Below are positions 36,001-47,185 of a stretch of DNA of 64,000 nucleotides, one piece after another. The position numbers were made by a program, and so were the translations under genes. Origin of the DNA: Anaeramoeba ignava BMAN (lineage: Eukaryota; Protista; Anaeramoebae); contig JAPDFW010000109.1 in assembly GCA_028826165.1 (NCBI GenBank), positions 62,001 to 126,000 on the forward strand. The letters run 5' to 3'. The notes beneath the pieces were generated by a model, which saw only the letters and a program-made list of their open reading frames with translations, searched no databases and was not told the DNA's origin. Within the stretch, counting starts at the first letter, position 1. Every line of letters begins with the position of its first letter.

Positions 36001-39000
36001 TATTCAAAAACCAATTCCACCTTTAAAACATAATAATGAAGAAAATCAATTTATTGAAAAACCAATTCCACCTTTAAAACATAATAATCAAGAAAATCAA
36101 TTTATTGAAAAACCAATTCCACCTTTAAAACATAATAATCAAGAAAATCAATTTATTGAAAAACCAATTCCACCTTTAAAACATAATAATGAAGAAAATC
36201 AATTTATTCGAAAAACCAATTCCACCTTTAAAACATAATAATGAAGAAAATCAATTTATTGAAAAACCAATTCCACCTCCAAAATATAATGAAGAAAATC
36301 AATTTATTGAAAAACCAATTCCACCTTTAAAACATAATGAAGAAAATCAATTTATTCAAAAACCAATTCCACCTTTAAAACATAATGAAGAAAATCAATT
36401 TATTCAAAAACCAATTCCACCTTTAAAACATAATGAAGAAAATCAATTTATTCAAAAACCAATTCCACCTTTAAAACATATTGAAGAAAATCAATTTATT
36501 CAAAAACCAATTCCACCTTTAAAACATAATAATGAAGAAAATCAATTTATTCAAAAACCAATTCCACCTTTAAAACAAAATATTGAAGAAAATCAATTTA
36601 TTCAAAAACCAATTCCACCTTTAAAACATAATAATCAGGAAAATCAATTTATTCAAAAACCAATTTCACCTTTAAAACAAAATAATCAGGAAAATCAATT
36701 TATTCAAAAACCAATTCCACCTTTAAAACATAATATTGAAGAAAATCAATTTATTCAAAAACCAATTCCACCTTTAAAACAAAATATTGAAGAAAATCAA
36801 TTTATTCAAAAACCAATTCCACCTTTAAAACATAATAATCAGGAAAATCAATTTATTGAAAAACCAATTCCACCTCCAAAATATAATAATGAAGAAAATC
36901 AATTTATTGAAAAACCAATTCCACCTTTAAAACATATTAATCAGGAAAATCAATTTATTCAAAAACCAATTCCACCTTTAAAATATAATAATGAAGAAAA
37001 TCAATTTATTGAAAAACCAATTCCACCTCCAAAATATAATAATCAAGAAAATCAATCATTTATGGATATAAACCAAAATATTGAAGAAAATCAATTATCT
37101 ATGGATACAAATCAATCAAACAAAAAACACAAACACAAAAGAAAACCTATTCCTCTTCCAAAACCATCAAAATATATTCTACAAATAAAACAAAATGAAG
37201 AAAATAATAATAATAATAATCCAATTAAAAATGAAACCAATCAGACAAAAACACAACTACCACCAATTCCAAAATTTCCTGTAGTTAATCAAGAAAAAAT
37301 AGTAAATAAACAAACACTACCAGAAAATAAACTTCAAAAACTACCTAAAATTGGACAAAATATTCAAGAGAACCAACTTCACAACATAAGTCCAAAAAAA
37401 TTACCACCAAAACCACAAGTACCTCCACCAAAACCACAAGTTCCACCTCCAAAAATTAAATCGAATCCAAAATTTGAAACAAATACAAAAGAATCTCCAT
37501 TGAAACAACTACCTAAAATAGCATTACTTCCACCTCCTCCATCAATACTTAAAAAGCAAAATCCATCATTACCCACAACTCCAAAAGAAAACAAAAACAA
37601 AAACAAAGATATCCCACAAAATTTCAAAAATCCAATAAATGAAATGAATTCTCCCAAAAAATTAGGATTCGAAAATCAAGCAGAATTACAACAAGAAAAT
37701 GAAGAAGATTTTGTCAAAGTGTTTCTTCCTGATGGAACTTATCGGACTTTCAAAGTGAATGATATAACAACTGTTCAAGAACTTACTAATATTGTTCTAG
37801 GTAAACTTCAGCATATTGGAGAATTTGCGGATTTTATTCTAATTGAACAAAAAGGAAAAGAAGAAAGATTGCTTAAACCTCAACTTAAAGTGAATTATAT
37901 TCGTTCAAAATGGACTAATGATAATATTGATGATTTTGAGAGATTTGTTTTTATCGACAAAAAGGAAATTATCACAAAAAACATAGTCAAAGCAGAAGAT
38001 AAAATGATAACAAGAATTTACTTTGAAGATGGATCATTTAAAACTGTGCAAATTACAAAAAGAACCAAATCTATTGATCTTGTTAAAGCAATTAGTAAGA
38101 AAATTAGATTGGATAGTTATAATGGATTTGCTCTTTTTGAAAAGATTTTTGTTGCAAATTTTGATGGAATTCCACTTGATAAAACTAACAATCAAATAGA
38201 AATGGAGAATGGGATCCAAGTAAATAATCCACAAAAAGGAATGAAAAACGATCCATTAGGTCTTCGTAAGTCAAGATATTCAAGACTTAATGTTCAATTT
38301 GGAAGAGGAAAATTTCGATACAGACTTTGTGAAAACGATGAAAGACCTTTTGAAATTATTAGTGATTGGGAAAATAATTCTGTTTATGGATTTCTTGTTT
38401 TTAGAGATACAGGACTAGCAGTTCCATCAAGAAAAAGTGTGATGTATAAAGGATTCTATTTATCTGAAGAGAAAATTAATATTATAAAGAAAGAAGAAGA
38501 ACAAGAACAAGAACAAAAACAAAAACAAAAACAAAAAATGATGAAAAATCAACAAGAAGAAAATTTGAAAACAAATGAAAATTCAAATGAAAATCAAAAT
38601 ACAAATCAAAATATGAATACAAATCAAAATATGAATACAAATGAGAATATAACTTTAAAACCCACTAATTTAAATGCTAAACCTCAACATATTGTGTTTT
38701 CTATTGATGGAGATTATACTGGAGTTGTTGAATATCTTTCTGATGAGAAAACCAATTTATGGGTTAAAGCGTTTTTATCTTTACAAGAAAATCGAATTTA
38801 TTTATTTTTAGATTTCAATTCTTTGAATCCGACTGAAACTATTTCATTAATTAATGCACAACTTAATGCGAATCGAGACAAATTGTTTTCATATAATAAA
38901 AAATATGTATTTTCTGTAACAACACTTGAAGGAGAAGTTTATTGTTTTTCATGTTCTTCATTGAAAGAAGTACTTGGATGGAAAAGGTAAAAATAATTTT

Positions 39001-39822
39001 TAATTTTAATTTTAATTTTAATTTTAATTTTAATTTTAATTTTAATTAATATTTAGAAATGTTCAAAATAAAATACGTAAAATTGGAACATCATCAATAG
39101 CATTATCACAACCAAATATTAGAAATCAAATGAAAAGAGAAGCATATATTCGAGAAAAACTACAAGAAAAAGTATATAAAAATTGGATCAATCATCACTT
39201 ACGAAACGGAGGATATAAAGAATTAATAATAAAAGATATTTGCAAAGATTTAAGCGATGGAATTGTATTATGCCGATTAGCAGAAATAATAACACAAAAA
39301 ACACTGAGAATTCATTTAAAACCAACAACAATAATGAAAAAATTAGAGAATTTATCAACTTTTATAAATTTTATTCAACAAGAAGAAGTAAAACTTATGT
39401 TTGTTTCTGCAGAAGATATTCTTGATGGAAAAAAACAAAATATTATGTCTTTAATTTGGGCTCTTATTTACCAACTTGAAAATAAAAGTGAATCACGAGG
39501 TGATTTGCTAAAATGGGTCAGAGAAACTTTGAAAACAGTTAATATTGGAGACCAAAGAATTGATAATTTTGATACTTGTTTTCAATCTGGAATCATTTTT
39601 AATGCTTTACTTTATTCAAAAAACAAAAATTTAATTCATCCTAAAAATTTAAGTTTAAATCAAAAGGATTTTTTTGATAACTTGAAAATTGCTTTTGAAA
39701 ATGCTAAGAATTTTTTCCAAATTGAAAATATTTTGGAACCTAATGATTTAATTGATTCTCCTGATGAACATTCAATTATGACTTTTTGCTTTTTATTGAA
39801 AAAAGCTTTTCAGAATTTTTAA
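33098..39822 (+). CDS. Large protein: NQ/Pro-rich repeats, two RA/FERM-F1-like domains, PH domain, C-terminal CH1-CH2 actin-binding domain; exons 33098-38986 (indels ~34160, ~34787, ~36210) and 39057-39822
   Basis: VKVFLPDGTYRTFKV and RIYFEDGSFKTVQI (RA-like); LWVKAFLSL...YVFSV..YCFSCSSLKEVLGW (PH); QEKVYKNWINHHL, DLSDGIVLCRLAE, AEDILDG, LIWALI, DEHSIMT (CH pair); in-phase intron 38987-39056. Confidence 0.78.
35950..37055 (+). repeat. Coding minisatellite, 48/51-bp units encoding EENQFIQKPIPPLKHN(N), about 21 copies
   Basis: Direct tandem repeat visible in both DNA and translation. Confidence 0.93.
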
Positions 39823-40069
39823 TTCTTAATCTTTTTTTGAAATCTTTTTTTGAAATCTTTTTTTGAAAATTTTCCCTAATTTTTTTTTTGTGAATTATTT
39901 TCTTTCATTCTTTCATTCTTATTCTGTTTCTTGTTTGTGATTTTCTTTTGAAGAAGGAAAAAAAATTTTTTTTTTTAATGTTTTTCTTTTTAAAAATAAA
40001 AAAAATTAAAAAAAATTATTTTAATTTTAATTTTTTCATTTTTTTCTTTTTCTGTTTTATTTTTTTGAT

Positions 40070-43000
40070 ATGTCAGTTAAAGAAACAGAATATTATGATA
40101 TTTTAGGAGTTTTACCAAATGCTTCTGATGTAAAAAAAATAATAAAAATAATAAATAATAAAAAATAAAAAAATAAAAATTTTATTTATATTTTAGGATG
40201 AAATTAAAAAAGCATATAGAATTTTGGCTTTAAAATATCATCCAGATAGAAATCCTGATGGAGCTGAAAAAGTAATTAATTTAAAATTATTTAATAAAAA
40301 ACAAACAAAAAAAAAAAGATTTAATTTAAAATAACATTTTTTTTTGTTTAGTTTACACAAATTACTGAAGCTTATAATATTCTAAGTGATCCAACTAAAA
40401 AAAAGGAATATGATACTTATGGAAAAAAAGGAAAACAAACGTTTTCTTTTTGGGGTTTGTTTTCTTTTTAAATTTTAAATTCATTTTGAATTTATTTTGA
40501 AGAATGAAACTTATTTTTTTTTTAGATAGTGAAAAATCAGAAAGAGGAGAAGATAGTATTAGAAAAATTTCTGTTTCTTTGGAAAATCTTTATAATGGGA
40601 AAAAATTGAATGTAGAAGTTAAAAGAGATATAGTTTGTCCTGAATGTAATGGGTAAAAAAGGAGAACAAATTTAAATTCTAACTAAAATTAAAATGAAAT
40701 AAATTAACATGAAATGAAATGAAATGAAATAAAATAAAAATTAACATGAAATAAATTAAAATGAAATAAATTAACATGAAATAAATTAAAATGAAATTAA
40801 AATGAAATAAATCAAAATGAAATAAAATTAAAATGAAATAAATTAAAATGAAATAAAATGAAATCAATAAGAAATAAATTAACATGAAATAAAATGAAAT
40901 TAACATGAAATGAAATAAAATAAAAAATGAAATAAATTAAAATTAACATAAAATAAATTAAAATGAAATAAAAAATGAAATAAAAATAAAATGAAATAAA
41001 ATGAAATAAAATGAAATAAATTAACATGAAATTAAAATGAAATAAATTAAAATGAAATAAATTAAAATGAAATAAAATTAAAATGAAATAAAATGAAATG
41101 AAATAAAATGAAATAAAAATAAAATGAAATAAAATAAATTAAAATGAAATAAATCAAATTAAAATGAAATTTAATCAAAATGAAATGAAATTAAAATAAA
41201 ATGAAATAAATCAAATTAAAATGAAATGAAATAAATTAAAATGAAATAAAATTAAAATGAAATAAATTAACATGAAATAAAATGAAATAAATTAAAATGA
41301 AATAAATTAAAATGAAATAAATTAAAATGAAATGAAATGAAATAAATTAAATCAAAATGAAATAAATTAAAAAGAAATAAAAATTAAAATGAAATAAATC
41401 AAAATGAAATAAATTAAAATGAAATAAAATGAAATGAAATAAAACGAAATTAATTAACATGAAATAATAAATTAAAATGAAATAAAATAAATTAAAATGA
41501 AATAAAATAAAATGAAATAAAATAAATCAAAATGAAATAAATTAAAATGAAATAAATCAAAATGAAATAAAAATGAAATGAAATAAAATAATAAAAAATT
41601 CAAATTAACTTTTTAGACAAGGTTCAGCTTTTGCAGGAGCTGTTATAAAATGTGAACAATGTAAAGGACATGGATCTATTATATATCTTCGAAGAGTGGG
41701 ATTTGGATTAGTCGAACAAATTCAACAACAATGTTCAACTTGTGGAGGAACTGGTGAAATTATTGCAGATGGATTAAAATGCAAAACATGCAATGCAAAA
41801 AAAATTACTACAGAATCAAAGATATTAGAAGCTTTTATTGAAAAAGGAATGAAAGATGGTGATAAAATTGTTTTTCATGGTGAAGGAGATCAAAAAGTAT
41901 TATATTAAATTAAATGACATTATATTATATTTATTCCTTTTTTTTCATTTTTAAACATTATTAAATTAAAAATATATCAAGTTAAAAATTAAAAATATAT
42001 CAAGTTAAAAATTAAAAATATCAAGTTAAAAGTTAAAAATTAAAATATATCAAGTTAAAAATAAAAATATATCAAGTTAAAAAATTTCAAGTTAAAAATT
42101 AAAAATGTCAAGTTAAAAATTAAAAATGTCAAGTTAAAAATATCAAGTTAAAAATAAAAAAGTATCAAGTTAAAAATTAAAAATGTCAAGTTAAAAAAAT
42201 ATCAAATTAAAATATCAAGTTAAAAATTAAAAATATATTAAGTTAAAAATTAAAATATATCAAGTTAAAAATATCAAGTTAAAAAAATATCAAGTTAAAA
42301 ATTAAAATATATCAAGTTAAAAAAATATCAAGTTAAAAAAATATCAAGTTAAAAATTAAAATATATCAAATTAAAAATATATCAAGTTAAAAAAATATCA
42401 AGTTAAAAATTAAAAAAATATCAAATAATATTTCATTTTAAATTAAAAGCCAGGAGTTTATCCAGGAGATTTTATTCTTATAATTCAAGAAGAAAAACAT
42501 CAAGTATTTGAAAGAAGAGGTGTTGATTTATTTATGAAACATAAAATGAATTTAACGGATGCGCTTTGTGAATTTGAATTTGAAGTTGAGCATCTTGATG
42601 GATCAAAAATTCTTATAAAATCTGCAAAAGGTCAAGTTGTTAAACCAGGAGAAGTTCTTGGAGTTGAAGGAAAAGGAATGCCTTATAGAGAGAAAAATTA
42701 TCAATTTGGTAATTTGTTTATCAAGTTTAATGTCAAGTTTCCTGAAAAAGGATTTTTAAATGAAGAAAAAATGAAAGTAAATTAAAATTAAAATTAAAAA
42801 TAAAATTAAAATTAAAATCAAAATTAAAATTAAAAATTAAAATTAAAATTAAAATTAAAATTAAAATTAAAATTAATATTAAAATTAAAATTAAAATTAA
42901 AATTAAAATTAAAATTAAAATTAAAATTAAAATTAAAATTAAAATTAAAATTAAAATTAAAATTAAAATTAAAATTAAAATTAAAATTAAAATTAAAATT

Positions 43001-43410
43001 AAAATTAAAAATTAAAATTTAAATCAAGTTAAAAATTAAAATTAAAAATAAAATTAAAATTAAAATTAAAATTAAAATTAAAATTAAAATTAAAAATTAA
43101 ATAGTTACTTGGAGGAGCAATTAAATTAACTAAATCAATAGAACTTATTCATCATGAAAATGAAAATGAAAATGAAAAAGAAAAAGAAAAACAAATTAAA
43201 ATTAAAAAAGAAAAACAAAATGAAAACGAAAATGAAAATGAAAATGATGGAGTTGAATTTTTTACAGCAACTGAAATTGAAGAAGAAAAACAAGAAAATC
43301 AATATGGAAATTCCAATGAACGATTTCAATTTATTTATGATGATTCAAATGATCAATATGGTTATAGTGCAGAAGATTCACATCCTGGAATTTCTTGTGG
43401 ACAAATGTGA
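40070..43410 (+). CDS. Type I DnaJ/Hsp40 (DNAJA/Ydj1-like); exons 40070-40129, 40197-40271, 40352-40454, 40526-40652, 41617-41896, 42450-42776, 43105-43410
   Basis: [18 protein letters not shown], four CxxCxGxG-type motifs ([32 protein letters not shown]), GEGDQKPG..PGD, GKGMP, CaaX CGQM. Confidence 0.92.
40685..41595. repeat. Intronic degenerate AAATG/AAATAAATTAAAATG repeat
   Basis: Fills DnaJ intron 40653-41616. Confidence 0.9.
41965..42425. repeat. Intronic (ATATCAAGTTAAAAATTAAAA)-type repeat
   Basis: Fills DnaJ intron 41897-42449. Confidence 0.9.
42780..43100. repeat. Intronic (AAAATT)n
   Basis: Fills DnaJ intron 42777-43104. Confidence 0.93.
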
Positions 43411-43430
43411 ATCAAAGAAATCATTTATTC

Positions 43431-43464
<34 letters not shown>

Positions 43465-43694
43465 GATAAAGTGATTGAAATTTTCTTTTTTGTTTTTTTT
43501 TTCTTTTAAAACATTAAAAAATAAAAAGATTTTAAGAAGAAAAAATTAATTTGAAAAAATAAAAAAAAAGTGGAACAAAAAAAAATTAAATTTGGTTTTT
43601 TTGAATTGAATTGAATTTTTTATTCTTTTTTTATTTTTGAAATGAAATGTAATGAAATGTTTTGTTTTTGAATTGAATTGAATTGAATTTATTT

Positions 43695-44765
43695 TTATTT
43701 TTCATCTTTTTCTTTTTCATCTTTTTCTTTTTCTTTTAATTCCAAAAGAGAATTTACATCAACCATAAACATATCATTTTGAAACCCATTCCATTGACCA
43801 TCCCAGCCACCAAAAACGACCATATGATTATCAACAAGAACAGATTTATGGGAATATCTTGGAGAAACAGTCTTATCAAAATCAACTTCATCATCATCAA
43901 CCAAAAAAGCAGTTTTTTTAAAAGGATCAATTAACCACAAATCATTATTAACGACCCAACCAGCATTACCGAGTTCATTAACACCACCAAATAAAAGAAG
44001 ACTCAAGACCTTATCCTTAGAGAAAAAAGGGAGCAATGTTCCTGCGCGGAGAGGAGGGGTTTGAGTTGACAGTTCGACGAGTTCCCAAGTGCTTGTTGAA
44101 ATATCGAAAATATGAAATTCATTGTAAGTAGTTTCAAGACCAGAAAAACCTCCACCACCACCATAGCAAAAGAGCATTGGGCGCATATTTCCTTGATCGT
44201 CTGGAACATAGCATGCAGTTGTAACGGGGGAGAATCGTGAACTTGGCAATTCACCTTGAGCGTTGATTTCGATCCACTTTTTTTCTTTAAGATCCAATTC
44301 CCAAATTTCGTTTAAAAGAGGTGGTCCGAATTCCTCATAATTGATTTCATATCCTCCAAAAATGTACATTTTGTTGTCTAAAATCGCGCTAGAATGAGCG
44401 AAACGAGGAGTGGGAATTTTTCCAGTTATTTTTAATTCTTCCCATTCAAATGTTTCAAGATCGAGTTGCCATACATCGTTAAAGCATTCATATTCAGGCA
44501 GCATTTCCCCGATACCTCCAAAGATAATCATCTTGTTTTCAAAGAGCTCTGATACAAATACACTTCTGGCTTTTGGTTTTTCACCTGTTGTTTTGACATG
44601 TTCCCATTCTTGCTTATTTAAATCATAAACAAATACTTCATTATCTTGTTTATCTTTTCCAATTAAACCTCCAAATACTATTATTCGACCTTTGTGTGCA
44701 ACCATTCCAAATGATGTTCTTGGTTCTGGTAATTTTCCGTTTTCTGTTAATTTTTTCCAATTCAT
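43695..44765 (-). CDS. Kelch-repeat beta-propeller protein, intronless
   Basis: Six repeats with PxPRxxH/F...FGG...W spacing (e.g. PTPRFAHSSAILDNKMYIFGG, SPRYSHKSVLVDNHMVVFGG). Confidence 0.9.
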   Translation of the reverse strand: MNWKKLTENGKLPEPRTSFGMVAHKGRIIVFGGLIGKDKQDNEVFVYDLNKQEWEHVKTTGEKPKARSVFVSELFENKMIIFGGIGEMLPEYECFNDVWQLDLETFEWEELKITGKIPTPRFAHSSAILDNKMYIFGGYEINYEEFGPPLLNEIWELDLKEKKWIEINAQGELPSSRFSPVTTACYVPDDQGNMRPMLFCYGGGGGFSGLETTYNEFHIFDISTSTWELVELSTQTPPLRAGTLLPFFSKDKVLSLLLFGGVNELGNAGWVVNNDLWLIDPFKKTAFLVDDDEVDFDKTVSPRYSHKSVLVDNHMVVFGGWDGQWNGFQNDMFMVDVNSLLELKEKEKDEKEKDEK

Positions 44766-44989
44766 TTTTAAAAAAATGAAAAAAATGAAAATTTAAAAAA
44801 AAAAAAAAAATTGATAAAAAGAAAATGATAAAAGTGGAATTGATTTTTGCTTTTAAATTCTTTTTTTTTTTGATTTGATGAGTTTATTTTTATTTTTATT
44901 GAGTTTTTAATTTTTAAAATTTTAAGAATAACAATTAATCAATTAAAATTAATAAATTTTTAAAAAAATTACTAATTATTTTTTAATCT

Positions 44990-47135
44990 ATTTTTTAATC
45001 AATTTATTAATCAATTTATTATTAAAATTATTATTAAAATTATTATTAAATTTATTATTAAAATTATTATTAAATTTATTATTAAATTTATTATTAAATT
45101 TATTCCACTTTTTAATCAATTTTTAATTAATTTTTAATTAATTTTTAATTAATTTATTATTAAATTTATTATTAAAATTATTATTAAAATTATTATTAAA
45201 ATTATTATTAAATTTATTATTAAATTTATTATTAAATTTATTATTAAATTTATTATTAAATTTATTATTAAATTTATTATTAAAATTATTATTAAATTTA
45301 TTTTTAATCAATTTTTAATTAATTTTTAATTAATTTTTAATTAATTTTTAATTAATTTTTATTAAATTTATTATTAAAATTATTATTAAAATTATTATTA
45401 AAATTATTATTAAATTTATTATTAAAATTATTATTAAAATTATTATTAAAATTATTATTAAAATTATTATTAAATTTATTCCACTTTTTAATCAATTTTT
45501 AATAAAATTATTATTAAAATTATTATTAAAATTATTATTAAAATTATTATTATATTTTTAATTAAAATTATTATTAAAATTATTATTATTATTAAATTTA
45601 TTATTAAATTATTAAAATTATTAAATTTATTATTAAATTATTATTAAATTGATTATTAAATTGATTATTAAATTTTTAAATTTATTATTAAATTTATTCC
45701 ACTTTTTATTAAAATTATTATTAAATTTATTCCACTTTTTAATCAATTTTTAATCAATTTTTAATCAATTTTTAATCAATTTTTAATAAATTTATTATTA
45801 AAATTATTATTAAATTTATTATTAAAATTATTATTAAAATTATTATTAAATTATTATTAAAATTATTATTAAATTTTATTCCACTTTTTAATTAATTTTT
45901 AATTTATTATTAAATTTATTATTAAAATTATTATTAAAATTATTATTAAATTTATTATTAAATTTATTATTAAATTTATTATTAAATTTATTATTAAAAT
46001 TATTATTAAATTTATTCCACTTTTTAATCAATTTTTAATCAATTTTTAATCAATTTTTAATCAATTTTTAATCAATTTTTAATTAATTTATTAATCAATT
46101 TGTTATTAAATTTATTATTAAATTTATTATTAAATTTATTATTAAATTTATTATTAAAATTATTATTAAAATTATTATTAAAATTATTATTAAAATTATT
46201 ATTAAAATTATTATTAAAATTATTATTAAATTTATTATTAAAATTATTATTAAATTTATTCCACTTTTTAATCAATTTTTAATCAATTTTTAATCAATTT
46301 ATTATTAAAATTATTATTAAAATTATTATTAAAATTATTATTAAATTTATTATTAAATTTATTATTAAAATTATTATTAAAATTATTATTAAATTTATTC
46401 CACTTTTTAATTAATTTTTAATCAATTTTTAATCAATTTTTATTAAAATTATTATTAAAATTTATTATTAAAATTATTATTAAAATTATTATTAAATTTA
46501 TTATTAAAATTATTATTAAAATTATTATTAAAATTATTATTAAAATTATTATTAAAATTATTATTAAATTTATTATTAAAATTGTTATTAAAATTATTCC
46601 ACTTTTTAATCAATTTTTAATTAATTTTTAATTAATTTTTAATTAATTTTTAATCAATTTTTAATCAATTTGTTATTAAATTTATTATTAAAATTATTAA
46701 AATTTATTATTGAATTTTAAATTATTAAATTTATTATTAATTTAAATTTATTATTAAAATTATTATTAAAATTATTATTAAAATTATTATTAAAAATTAT
46801 TAAAATTATTATTAAAATTATTATTAAAATTTATTATTAAAATTATTATTAAATTTATTATTAAATTTATTATTAAATTTATTCCACTTTTTTTAATTAA
46901 ATTTATTATTAAATTTATTCCACTTTTTTTAATTAATTTTTTAATCAATTTTTTAATCAATTTATTAAAATTATTATTAAAATTTTTATTAAAATTATTA
47001 TTAAAATTATTATTAAAATTATTATTAAAATTATTATTAAAATTATTATTAAAATTATTATTAAATTGATTATTAAATTTATTATTAAAATTATTATTAA
47101 AATTATTAATAAATTTATTATTAAATTTATTATTA
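44990..47135 (-). repeat. Intergenic satellite of 12-bp (ATTATTATTAAA/TTTATTATTAAA) and 12-bp (TTTTTAATCAAT) units, punctuated by about 11 copies of TTATTCCACTTTTT
   Basis: Direct repeats; the embedded motif is the reverse complement of the 16.6-18.8 kb core. Confidence 0.92.
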
Positions 47136-47185
47136 TTATTTTTGAGTAAAAAAAATAGTTTTCTTTTATTGCTTTGATTCTCTTT

